A stretch of 64,000 bases of DNA from Phoronis australis. Its lineage: Eukaryota; Animalia; Phoronida. The stretch spans positions 130,911 to 194,910 of the forward strand of contig NMRA01000051.1 in the NCBI GenBank assembly GCA_002633005.1, written 5' to 3'. The notes under the pieces are model-generated. The model worked only from the letters and a program-made list of their open reading frames with translations. It was not told the DNA's origin and ran no database searches. Positions 13,135 to 25,100 of the stretch are shown here, piece after piece. Positions within the stretch are counted from its first letter, which is position 1. The number at the start of each line of letters is the position of its first letter. A program made the translations under genes and the position numbers.

Positions 13135-14470
13135 TTAAGTTCAGTTACAGCCATTGCCCTTCGTGTCATAGAGAGGTGAAAATCGACGCATTGCATTCTC
13201 AGAGTTGCGGAAAGCCACTATCCCTATCATGCTTGATGCTGCATCCCGGTTAACGCCGGACTGTTCCAAAGAGAGGTCAACAGCCGAACTACTGAAGTTC
13301 TTCCTCGTACGTCGCACTGAGTACGCGCCGTTTAACAGCACTTCAAGTAATATTGGGTCTGTGAATGTCAACTTTTGGTAAAGCAATGTTCTCCTGTTAG
13401 CGTAGATTGGGCGGTTCAGCCAGGGCAAAAGAATACATCTAGGAATGTCGGGGAAAATGTTGATATAGCCACTGACGTCATTGGTCTTGACGCATCTCTG
13501 GAGTTCTCTGTGGGTGTAGTTTATGAGAAAGATGTAGATTGTCCAAAACCGAGCAGTTTTGCTAAATTCTTCATTAATCACTGTGCAAAATGAAAGTAGC
13601 TTGCACGCATACATAACGCAGACGGTAGCAAAAGACGCTATTTCGCGATTATTCCTCGTTTTAGCAGTTGCATCAAACGAAGAAGTGGATTTGGGTAAAA
13701 TTCGTCCGAAAACAGAGGGAAATGGTTTAGACTGGTAAAATAGGACTACGAAAAAGCGAGATTCGTGCAAACACAATGTGCCATCCGGACTTTTAGGTTT
13801 TGTTTTCAATAGTGAATAATGTGGAGTATTCCGCTGTTGTCGCATAGACTTGTGAAGTCTCTGCAACCTCAGGCGCGGTGTTTCTGTTTTCTTGCCCTGA
13901 CGTAAACATGCGGACAAAAATCTGTCACATTGTGTAGCGCCTATGTCGTACGGACTCACTGGCTTTATTGCAAATGGAAGTACCTGGTCCCTCAATGTTG
14001 TGCTTATTGAGCGTGAACAGGCGTATTATGAATTTTTTTCCGACTCTCTATGATTTGTCTGACGGGGAAATCCACCGCTGATATTGTCTGGCATCTTACT
14101 GTTGTGCCATGTCCAGTGATGGTGAACATCGTTCAATTGGTTTCAAACGGTTATCTGGTGGGTTGATGTAGCTCAACTTGGGTATTAGGGCGGGGTTAAC
14201 CCACCACTAGATTTGTCTGACACTGTTTATTATTGGTACCTAGGCTTATGGTGAATATTTTGCAACTGGTTTCATGCGCTTACCTATTGGGTTGATGTTG
14301 CTCAACTCAGATATTTGGTCGTGTCTGGCAGGGCTAACCCACCACAATATTTGTCTGGCAGTGTTTATTCATGATACATGGCAGGCCCGTAACCGGGGGG
14401 GGGGGGTTCTGGGGGTTCGATGGAACCCCCCCGCGGAAAAGGTCCAGCCCCAAGCTATCCGTATGGATGG

Positions 14471-14471
<1 letters not shown>

Positions 14472-14546
<75 letters not shown>
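14472..14546. repeat. (CAA)25 microsatellite
   Basis: Perfect trinucleotide run; the homologous site at ~25280 has only about 4 units. Confidence 0.97.
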
Positions 14547-14759
14547 AATTGTTGCAGCTACTGGTAGTACTACCTATAATTATAACTAAATTAGACGAAT
14601 TTGCTTCTGATTCAAAGCTCTTCGCTTAATCATCGGGCAGTACCCGGCCCCAGGACCCAACTTTCCCGAGTGGTGTTTGCGCAGATGACAGGATCGCGTA
14701 GACGATTACAGGAGGCTTTATGTCATTAAACGTACGTGGTTGCTACACCATTATCGTCG

Positions 14760-15111
14760 ATATCGTTGGCCAAATGAATGAACGTTACGCCGTTAAATTA
14801 CGTACGTAAGTTAATTGTTATTAGAAGCGTAAAGTAATTATTTACGGCGTCAAGTGATTATTTGCAGCGTAAAGTAATTATTTATGACGTAAAGTAATTA
14901 TTACATTACTACGTAAAGTAAGTATTTGCGGCGCTCAAAGTCATTTTACGCCGCAAATAATTACTTTACGCCGCAAATAATTACTTTACGCCGCAAATAA
15001 TTACTTTACGCCGCAAATAATTTATTTATGACGCACTTAATTACGCCGGTAACAAGAATTATCTTACCCACGTAATTTAACAGCGTAACGTTCACCCATT
15101 TGGGCAATGAT
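14760..15111. repeat. Foldback element with inverted 20-bp minisatellite arrays
   Basis: Terminal IR ~14760-14810 / 15063-15111; CGTAAAGTAATTATTT(A/G)C units on the left, TTACTTTACGCCGCAAATAA x3-4 on the right. Confidence 0.8.
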
Positions 15112-16115
15112 ACGTCATAGGGTAACAAGGAGTGTAGAAGTAAATTTCTTTAACTAACTAAGCGAAATAGCTCTCAAAAAGTAGTGTGGTGTGAATGTCT
15201 TAAAATCGACCAAGAAACAAAACAGCAGAAAATATGATTGTTTTCTTCTATTTTGGTGTACTGGCTAGCATAGTGGGGTGAGGCGCATGATTTTCAAATT
15301 TCTAATTGAAGGTGATCGTCAAATGATTGTTGTTCATCCAGTGTCCACTTTCATTGTGGATTGGTCAGTGGATTGACATCAAGTGCATGCGCGTGTACAC
15401 ATGTGTGCGTTTTCATTCTTTTAAATCCAGTACACGTCGACGGTAAGTTCACCATAGGCAGCCTTCTGTCGTTGCTCAAACAAAAACCAGACAATTAACT
15501 ACTGTTCTTGCACTGAGGAAACGAGCATGTTCACAGTATCAAGGAAAAGCAGGTCTAGACCTAATGAAACTTTGGTCAATGAAGAACGAAGTGTTCCTTT
15601 GTCCATCAGTGACAATGGTGCACAGCCTCGCAGACTTCATAAGAGCAACAAACTTAATGCAAAAGATTTCCAAGGTTACGTGTCACTATTCCGAAGGTTC
15701 ACTTCTCGGAAAGTCCACTACTCTAAGGTTTCACTACTTCGACAATTCATTACTCTGATTGCCTGCTAATGAGTCGGAACTGACATGAGTTAAATATTGT
15801 TTTTGTGTCCATTTAGTAACCATTTATAAGGTATGCAAGAGTTAAATAGTTCTTAAAACATTGATGTCATTGTTTACAAATGAGCTTAGTTCCAGTCACT
15901 GCTAAGCGTTACTTCTTGAACCTAACTAACGACTCATTCTCAAGCTGGGACAACATCTGGGGCACGGGTCAGGGCTGCGGCGACCTGAAGACTGAATGGG
16001 ACTCTCTGACTTTGTGAAGACTTGCAGGGACAGGGTAGCCTTCTAATTATGTTTAGTTTCGACCAGTTCCGTAGGGTGATGTAATAATTCATCAATATCC
16101 CTACTTCGTATTCTT

Positions 16116-16848
16116 TTAAAAGGATAGTAAACCCTGTTTAGATGATTTCCACCAATCCTCGCTCTGTCACCTGCTAATGCATCACTGGCGTCAATCTTCC
16201 AAGTTAAAAGTATACCAAACCCGGTTTTATCCCATTAACAGATACTAAAAACGACTTTCCTATCCAGTTCTCTGAAACTCAATAATGATCTGAACGGCTC
16301 GACAACCCTCTAAAGTTTTGACGAAAATCAGAAAACCCCTTACAAATTCTGCTCAAGGGGCAAGCGTGATCTACGCTTTTAGCGGGTTTCGCGGCATCTG
16401 TGGGAAAAGAACACCCACCAAGGACCATAATGTCCAATTCGTGAGATAGTGGGTATGAATACTTAGTTGATTCCTGCTTTATCTTTCAAGATTGACGCCA
16501 ATGATGCAACAGCAAGTGAGAGAACGAGGATTGCTTAAAATCAACAAAACAGGGTTTAGAATCCTTTTTAAGGAAGGACTCACGTGAAAATTCGTACACC
16601 CCTTGTCAATGTTTGGACAATATAGTCCTTGGTGGGTGAACCTTTCCCCACAGTTGCCGTGTAATTCGCAAAAAGCGTATGTTGCGCTTGCTCGTTTAGC
16701 AAACTTTGAAAGGAGTGTTCAAAATTTTCAACAAACTTTTGAGGGTTGTCAATGGTTACAGCCGTATTATTTTGTTTCAGAGAACTGGATGGGAAAGACG
16801 TTTTTAGTTTCTGTCAATAGGCCAAACCCGGATTTGGTATCCTTTTAA
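16116..16848. repeat. Two interleaved inverted-repeat pairs with TTAA-AAG ends
   Basis: A 16116-16210 / A' 16475-16571; B 16204-16437 / B' 16612-16848. Confidence 0.7.
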
Positions 16849-17720
16849 AAGTGCAAGAACGTACTTCGTTTTCCGTATTCGTAATACATGCAGGCAATTT
16901 CGTATGCGCATAAAATCAATAGTACGCGGACGCTGTTCTTGGTATAGGTACACCACCCAGCGCATCTAATAACCGAAGTATCGTTTACTTTGCATGCAAA
17001 AGTATAAAAATTAAACCTGCATGGGTTCGAAAATTTAGATATTTTCGGAGTAGTGAACATTCAGAATAGTGTGCTGTGCCCATTTCCAGCGATGTAAGTA
17101 ACACGCAAAAATACAACCAGATACAAATTTCTTCAAGTCAGACTAAAAAATTCCGTCTGAATATGTATTTAAGCACGCCTGATTTGAAAGTTTGGCAGGT
17201 CGACTTTGGCAAAATATCAAAAGCCCACTGTCCCAAAAATTCGAATCACCCCCTGCCCAATGCTGGCTACGGGCCTGCCTGGGCTCACGGTGAATATTTT
17301 GAGATTGGTTTCATACGGTTACCTCTTCGATAGATCTAGCTCATTTTTTATGCTGGAACCGTCTGGCTGATACTCCCCGACACCGAAATTGACTGGTCGC
17401 TAGTGACCAATTTTGATACATTGGATTACGTAGTAGGTATTGTAGGCAGTTTTAGTGGTTACCAGAAAAATTGACCTAGTTCAGTTTTTGAGTGTCATTT
17501 TCTTTTCTCCCCTGACCACACCCACCAGGGCCAATCTCCGTACTCAGACTCATACTCACACTCGAGATTTCATATTCAAAATCGTGTTCACTGGAGTCGC
17601 ACTCAAAAAAGCGTATTTAATGTCGCATTTCGAGTAGACTCCAAACGTACTCAAATCTGAGAATCGTACTCGAGTTGCCATGGAACTCTTTATGATGTGA
17701 AATGCAAAACCACGTGCTGA

Positions 17721-18478
17721 TTCAGCGCTCCCTACTAGAGCAGTCGGCAGAATGGAGACTCTTGACCAAGCACCTTGACCTACATTCTACAGCTGCTGAT
17801 GTCACACGTGGGATGGCGCGTGCTTTGCCACAAGTCACGAGAGTTCATCAACCAGGATCCGAAGACGAAGTGTATTTCTCTGATGGGTGGCGAATTTGAG
17901 TGGAAAAGAATTTTTGTGCCCGTCGTTGAATCAACTCTTTGTTTTAAAACCCCTTTTGTTATAATTATTATTAACATACAATAATTACGCAATTGCGTAT
18001 GCGCACTTATAACTCAGCGCGTGGCGTAAGGAAAAGTTATGTATAAATGGGGGTATTTCATTGCTCAAAAGTTATGTCATTGGTGCGAAAGCGAAAGTTG
18101 TAGCCTACATTAATGTTGCAAACCTTTGAAGAGCATGTGCCTCCTGACTTGCCACCACACCACTGAACTTTTAAACACCCTAGCGCTATAAATCCATGTT
18201 CCGTCGCATATTTTAATTAGGTTGAAATCCAACCACCCATATTTTTAATTATGCTTAGTGATTATACATGTGATGTACATGTTACGGGTTTTATTCTCTT
18301 TAGATATTTTCGGTCTTAAGTATTTCGTGGTTAACCAACAACGCTTATGGTTCACCTAAGAGTGAAGCACTGAGCTCATCATGTTCAACGGCGGTGTAAC
18401 GTCAGCAGCTGTAGAATGTAGGTCAAGGTGCTTGGTCAAGATTCTCCATTCTACAGTAGCCAAACGTAGAATGCTGAA
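17721..18478. mobile_element. MITE/foldback with ~60-85-bp terminal inverted repeats
   Basis: AGAATGGAGACTCTTGACCAAGCACCTTGACCTACATTCTACAGCTGCTGA (~17749) mirrored almost perfectly at ~18402-18451. Confidence 0.7.
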
Positions 18479-19919
18479 TGTTCTGTAACTGTTATTCATT
18501 TTTCAGTTTCAACACAATTATTCTTAAACCATTTCTTGATACATTTGCCAATTGTTAAGCTTTACTTCTTGAGTTCCTTCCGAAAATGTCTTAAGAAATT
18601 TGTAACAGCTTATCACATCAAAGAAAGTCACGGCCGGAGCGGAGCCGCCACAACTTCCGAGTGTCTGATTTGGCCAGGGGGCAAAATGAGTTCATTCTCC
18701 CCTATATACACTTGACACATTTACTCCTAAAGTTGGCATGGTCACACCAACTATTGACGGCATATTGAAAATTTCTTTCTCAGTAATGCAGTGGTGGACC
18801 GGTGACCCCGGGCACAGGGGGTCAGGTACCCGATATCCGTCACAGGTCAGCCCGAAACGCCAGTCAGCATTTTTGGGCCTCAGTTGGTTGCTTGCTGGTC
18901 AACCCCTGTTCTCTCTTGCTAATTTAGTCTGACCTCAGATATATAAAATTGTTTAGTCTGAGGTCTGACATAGCTGACATTGCTGTGTAGGCCTGCGCTG
19001 ATGTCAGAACTTTGATATTGATCTTTGCATTTTACCGGGATGTATGAAGTTAGTTGACATTTGACGCGTGAGTTCGAAAAAACGCTACATGTGCAAGCAT
19101 TCAGAGTTCACTGATGAGACGTCTACTTAGAAATCGGCAAAGTCTGGAATACCAATCGGGGATTGAGGAATTATCGATGATTAAAACTATAATGTCAAAT
19201 GTAGGCTACCTGACAGGAAGCAAACTGTCGTTTAACTTCTCAGATAGCATCACTACGTTGGGCCGACGTCGGTAGGTCTCGGTCGGTTTTCAGACGTTGG
19301 TCCGTACGAGATACTGCCTTTAAACGCCTATTTTGCACTTCCAAAATGAAGTAAATTCGAAGCTCGCGATATTATTTTTTGAGTCACAGTATATAAGTAA
19401 ACCTATTTGTCCTTCTTTTAGTATTGTTCTGTCTTGACGTCGGGACCTACGTTGGCTCAGCGTCGGGCACGTTTGACGTTGGGCCGACGCGGGTGCGACG
19501 CGATGCCAGCAATCAGTGTGGTGCGGAGTCCGACGTCGGCACCCGTTTTGTCGTTCAGCAACTTTTCCAGAGGTGATTGGTTCTGAACGTGCGATAACAC
19601 CTGGCTCCGTTGTTAACTGCCCAGCACAGTCTTTTCCCCCGTATGACTGTGACAACGAGCAGGCCAATCATTTCCCAGGCTTCAATTGAAGGGTTAGACC
19701 TGGCAGAATGGATTGTCTTAACTTAATTCTGTAGTAGTTGGGCGATTTTGGTGATTCAAAAACTAAACTTATCAGCATTTGACAAGGAATTCAGAAATGC
19801 TATTGGTTTATTTTCAAATATGTTATAACTTAACTTTCATTTTTAGCAGCACAGCCCAGCCCAGTAGTCAGGCTAATTTCCTCGCCTCCTCGTCTTTGAG
19901 AAACCGTACAAACCGTTGC

Positions 19920-20764
19920 CATAGGCGGATTTATAGGGGGAGGGGCTCAGGGGGCCCGGTCCCCCCTTGGCTGCCGCAAAAAAAAATGAAACAGCAAGAG
20001 CGTAGGGAAATGTTGAGTTTATTAATTAACCCCGGCACTACGACTCCGTTTCCGTCTTCTGCTCCACTGTGCAATGAGGAAAATTACTTCCCTTTTTAAA
20101 GAAAATGGAATCTTTGTGATGATGAAAAAACAGAAGTTTCTGGTAAGATGTCAATTTTAATCGAAGCCTCAGTGAATCACTCAGAATCTCATAATTCTCT
20201 CTTTGTCAAACCTTAACTTAAGACGATTTCCAAAGCAATCGCGTCATTATTGCCTACACAAAAAACGGATTTGGTCTTTTGAGCAATTGAAGACTATTTA
20301 AAGTACAACAAATTTGTTACGAACTGATTGCAGAAGATATAAAACACGTAATAAGCATTACAAAAAGAAGGTTTCGCGCGCAAACGCTGTGGACCATAAA
20401 CAAGTAGGTCTCTTAGTACCGAGTTAGGAGTTAAATCGTGGTGGTGCAGTGGTAAAGCACGCGTGTTCTATCCGCCAGGTCGTGAGTTCGAGTCTGTGGC
20501 GCTTGCAGTTTTTTCTGTTTGACACTTTCACCTTTTTTGCCTTTTTTTTCTTGGATAATACTTCGGGAATCAAGGAAAATGCTTGATTTTAGAGAAAAAA
20601 AATACAGTAGAAAAATTTCCTGTGCGGGAGGGGGGGGGGTAATCCCCCTCCCGACCACCCCCCATTCGGTGCTATGCGCATCCACAATCGTGCTTTTAGC
20701 AAATGTTTACAGACAAAATGTTGGGCCCCCCTTCAAGTTGTGATATCCTATAGATCCGCCACTG
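19920..20764. mobile_element. Non-autonomous DNA element with 5-bp TSD, carrying a tRNA-like segment
   Basis: CA(TA/GT)GGCGGAT(T/C)TATAGG TIRs; TSD GTTGC on both sides. Confidence 0.78.
20435..20514 (+). other. tRNA-derived Pol III promoter segment (pseudo-tRNA / SINE head)
   Basis: A box TGGTGCAGTGG (20442-20452), D-stem GTGC/GCAC, B box GAGTTCGAGTC (20484-20494), downstream T6; acceptor and anticodon stems do not pair well. Confidence 0.55.
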
Positions 20765-21565
20765 GTTGCACACGCATTGCAACCAGGGCCGCAGCCCCCT
20801 CCCACAGCTGCTTGACACTAATTGTAATGACTCGCCGACATGGGTTAAGAATTCGCCGAAAGTTGCCAGGAATCGTAGAGTAAGAAGGAGTTTCAAAATT
20901 AGCGGCAATAAAGTGCGGTAATACGGCGAGTTAAGATGAAGAAGGTTTAAAATGAAAAATATTGTCTCAAACTCTGAAACACTGATGGTATGAGGACTTA
21001 AATTTTCCAATGATTTGCTGTGTCTCTCACTGGTCTTTAGATATTTTCTTCTTTCGCTCGTGGAATAACTTGTATGTGTCTCGAAAATTGCGGACGTGCT
21101 CGAAACTTCGAGTACAGATTTTTGAGTAAATTGAATACACCAATGAAAGCTGAGTCTGTACTCGAGTTGACTAAGTTTGAGTTCGAGTCTGACGACGGAG
21201 ATTGGAGACCGGGTCCAGAACGAACCTGCCAGACGGCCATTTCCAAGCATGAGGATACCCATAGAGCACTGTGGCACCAAAGAAAATTGGTTACATTTCA
21301 TGTCCATGAAAAGCTCCGGGATCCCAGTCTATATTAGTTGAGTATTAGTTTAATGGTTTATTGATAGTGCGTGACCTGCTTCTTGACGAATACAGTTTAT
21401 AACACTTTCAATGCCTACCAATTACATAACGGCGTGGGCTGTACTGAAGTGGTATTACATGTGGGTATTAGTTGCTATACAGTTGAATTTTCCGACTGCT
21501 GGGTTTGTCTGCTCAACCTCTCCGCACTGGTGGTTGTTGCTCTTTAAGGCTGTTTCGGAGACAGC

Positions 21566-21739
21566 ATGACAGTGTTAGGCCTTTGGCTTTGTCGAAATAG
21601 CGCCTTCCTATTTTATCTCACGTTGACGCATTCGCTAGATGAAGGCTTCGAATTACTATGGGAATCGAACTTGGATGAGATAGAAAATGCAACTCTAGAA
21701 TCGGAAGGATCTGTCCCTGGTTGGATAAAAGGAGCTTTG
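21566..21739 (+). CDS. First of two identical-protein copies of exon 1 of oxygenase paralogue 2 (the copy with intact upstream flank)
   Basis: Same translation as 22158-22331; lies in a ~590-bp duplication (21502-22092 / 22094-22688) separated by a single N. Confidence 0.7.
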
Positions 21740-22157
21740 GTAAGCAGACCCAGTCAACATTACAGTAGGCTACTGGACCAGTACTGTCCCATTAGGCCTA
21801 CGTACTGTCCACGATTCTATCTCTGAGTACCGCAGGCCAGTAATGGCACGTACAATAACGTCGTGCACAATGGCCCTTACCGTAAGTAATACTGGGCCAA
21901 AACCGGGCTGTAACGACTTTGTACGGTATTGGGCCATTTTATTAAAATAAGCCTGTATGTAGTGCTGGGCCAGCATGGGTCCAGTAGTGGACCAGCCTTA
22001 ATGTACAGTAACACTGCTGATCAGGCCAGTACTATTTGCTAAACGGTCCTGTAGCAGGTGCTGGTTCTTGGCCAGATTCTAGTTGCAGTAGTNGGTTTGT
22101 CTGCTCAACCTCTCCGCACTGGTGGTTGTTGCTCTTTAAGGCTGTTTCGGAGACAGC

Positions 22158-25100
22158 ATGACAGTGTTAGGCCTTTGGCTTTGTCGAAATAGCGCCTTCC
22201 TATTTTATCTCACGTTGACGCATTCGCTAGATGAAGGCTTCGAATTACTATGGGAATCGAACTTGGATGAGATAGAAAATGCAACTCTAGAATCGGAAGG
22301 ATCTGTCCCTGGTTGGATAAAAGGAGCTTTGGTAAGCAGACCCAGTCAACATTACAGTAGGCTACTGGACCAGTACTGTCCCATTAGGCCTACGTACTGT
22401 CCACGATTCTATCTCTGAGTACCCGGCGCAGGCCAGTAATGGCACGTACAATAACGTCGTGCACAATGGCCCTTACCGTAAGCAATACTGGGCCAAAACC
22501 GGGCTGTAACAACTTTGTACGGTATTGGGCCATTTTATTAAAATAAGCCTGTATGTAGTGCTGGGCCAGCATGGGTCCAGTAGTGGACCAGCCTTACTGT
22601 ACAGTAACACTGCTGATCAGGCCAGTACTATTTGCTAAACGGTCCTGTAGCAGGTGCTGGTTCTTGGCCAGATTCTAGTTGCAGTAGTTACTATACTGTG
22701 TTGTCAGTGACAGATTTAGAGTGGGCCAAGGGGGCCATGGTCCCCCCTACAATTCTCCATGATTCCATTGGGCAGTTCGAGAGTACCAATGTCTGACAGG
22801 CAAAATCCTGGCTAATACTCTGCCCTGCCCCCCCAACTCAACATCCTGGATCCGCCCATGGTTGTTACATAAATTGTATTGTGTTTTTTTATGTATCCAT
22901 CCAGTATTCTGCTTCATTGGACGGGCAACATAATGAGCCGATAGTCCTTTTGCGAGTTAATAGCAATAACGCGAGATTCTGTGAGACTTAACTGTGACGT
23001 CACCAAAAGTAGGGCAAAAGCTAATCATGTCGTTTGTCCATTTGCCCGATACGTTAATAGAATGTATTCTGTTCAGTTTACTTTCAGGTTTTATTTTTTA
23101 GTGCGAAAAATGCCAAACAAGCGTTGCTGTTATGGGAAATGTAATTCAGATTCGCGCTACAATATGTTCCATCACGTTCTGTACTAATTTCGACCTGCAT
23201 ATTGTAAACGGGCGGTAGGAAAAATCCGCTCACTGATTATAACAGTCATCCACCTCGTCAAAATACATTGTACACCTAAAAATATCACTCAAATGCGCCT
23301 ATATGGATGTTTCATTTGATTTTATTGGCTGTATTTTGAAATGAGTGACATTTTATGGGTATATACTATCGCCCCTGTAGGCCTACGCCTGCGGCATTCA
23401 CTTCAGGCCTAGTCCGGGTCGAGTTCCAATTTTAGTCAGTTCACAGTTTCGCACGAGATAAGAAGTTCACCTTTTATTTGTCCATTCACAGTTACTTCAC
23501 GATCCATCTACCATTTGTTAAGTTGTGTTAATGTTTTCAGCGTTAAATTCTCCATAAGAACTGCTAAGAAAATTAGCCTGTGCAGCAAAGACTCGGTGGC
23601 AAAACGGCAATATGGCGGGGTTTGCCTTACTTTCGGTGACGTCACATTGAATCACTGGAAACTTGCAAGTGAGCTATTACCAAGGGTCATAAACAAGGAG
23701 TTGGAAATTGACATCGTACTACAATAGGGCCGTCCTGGATTACACAGCTACACTGGAATCTCGCTGTATTTACCCTCACTTCCGTAAACATTTATAAGGC
23801 ACATTTGCTACCTCGTTTTTGTGCCATTGGAGTTGACATGTTATTTGTTATTGTGTGATTCTTTAGACGTTTTTCTTGGTTGCATTACTCGAATCGTCCT
23901 TCCAATGCCAAAGAATTCTTACTGTTGTGCTGTGGGCTGCAACTCCGACGTGAGAAAGTATGATAAACTGGACAAATACCCGTGGATGCGGGATTTAAAA
24001 TTCTTCGCCTTCCCAACATCAGGGGGCACACTGACAGTTAGAACAGGGTTTTGGTTGCCGACACACACCCAAGCGGAGACGAGTCCTTATCTCACGTCCT
24101 TATCAAGAGTCTGAAAAAACAAAAGTTTTTTTGGCGTTCCCAACTCAAAAGCACTACTCATGATAATTGAAACTTAATTCTGCTACAGATTTTCAATCAG
24201 CTAATTCACATCAAGAAAAATACCAGCACACAAAAATACGACCAAAAACACCAAATTTGACCGTTTTCTACCCTAATTTACTACTTCCCTGCAAGTGCTA
24301 GAAAAATTCTGACAACAGATTCAGAATTCTCGTTCTCTCTGGATTCTAAAATGTGCATGGTCATAGTACGCCCCTTACCAGCTACATTTTTTCGCAATTT
24401 GAATCTGTCTGACAGCCACCTGAAATCGCCCCCGTTTTCTCAGTCAGAAGGCGACAGGGGTTGAAAGCAAGCGACAGACACGATTTTGCAGGGAAAGTGG
24501 TTGACGGCAAAAAACTTGGAACAGTAAGATGCCCCAATCAGACAAATAAAGAGTCGAAACAAAATTGATTATAAGCCCATTCACAGTGAATAAGCATCAC
24601 ATTGAGGAACCAGGCACTGAGTCAGTACAACATAGGTTACCACACAAGGTGAAAGATTTTTGTCCGCAAGTTTACGTCAGGGCATGAAAACCAGAAACAT
24701 CGCGCCTGATGTTGCAGCGACATCACAAGTCCAATGCGAAAACAGCGGAATGCTCCACATGATTTACTATTAAAAACAAAACCTAAAAACCTGTCCGAGA
24801 CGGGTAGCACATTGTGCTTGCATGAATTTCGTTGTCCTACAATGTATTTTACCAGTCTAAACTGCGTCCCTCTGTTTTGGGACGAGTCTTTTGATGCAAC
24901 AGCTAAAACGAATAATAATCGAAATGCCGTCTTTTGCTGTCGTCTGCATTATGCATGTGCGCCAACTACCTTCATTTCACACAGTGATTAATAGCAAATT
25001 TGGCAAAACTGATCAGTTTTGGGCAATCTCTCAAGTTGAAATGCGCAGACCCAGTATTACGTGAAGTGCTGGAAAACGGTGTGTTCAGTAGATCGGCTGT

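Larger units (their letters stand above)
9500..14010 (-). pseudogene. Frameshifted Academ-type transposase, split by the Kolobok insertion
   Basis: Motifs YSVRRTRKNFS..VDLSLEQ..NRDA, LVNIATG, HPVTPHPLSLAH, HEESDT..FH, RASDTV, YHAFTGCDYTSVF and GKGKVKPL in several frames; reading frame MAVTELK-TMARLE is continuous across the TTAA insertion site. Confidence 0.75.
14382..17277. mobile_element. 2.9-kb non-autonomous CAG-terminal DNA element with imperfect 5-bp TSD
   Basis: CAGGCCCGTAACC ... GGCTACGGGCCTG; flanks CATGG/CCTGG; removing it restores an Academ subterminal repeat like the one at ~14225-14290. Confidence 0.65.
9167..17518 (-). mobile_element. Inner Academ DNA transposon with ~240-bp TIRs and decayed transposase
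   Basis: 9169-9408 and 17282-17516 are inverted copies; it interrupts the left TIR of the outer element; TSD not clear. Confidence 0.72.
9046..21331. mobile_element. Outer Academ-like DNA transposon enclosing nested insertions
   Basis: TAGAC(C/T)GGGATCCC long TIRs (9046-9166, resuming at ~17531; mirror at ~21090-21331); TAG..CTA termini; 4-bp TSD TATT on both sides. Confidence 0.72.

Noticed and set aside
13141-13995. Intact 284-aa host gene
   Set aside because: Part of a frameshifted Academ transposase interrupted by a Kolobok insertion.
14274-14629. PolyQ/polyN/polyT/polyL ORFs
   Set aside because: Translations of the (CAA)n microsatellite inside a transposon.
14820-15030. Regular 20-bp repeats resembling a CRISPR array (also 5360-5620)
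   Set aside because: Units are contiguous with no unique spacers, there are no cas genes, and the context is eukaryotic; they are minisatellites in foldback elements.
20435-20506. Functional tRNA gene
   Set aside because: A/B boxes are present but acceptor and anticodon stems do not pair; treated as tRNA-derived.
21566-21826. A third oxygenase gene or an independent 86-aa protein
   Set aside because: It is exon 1 read through into the intron, and the duplication flanks an N gap.
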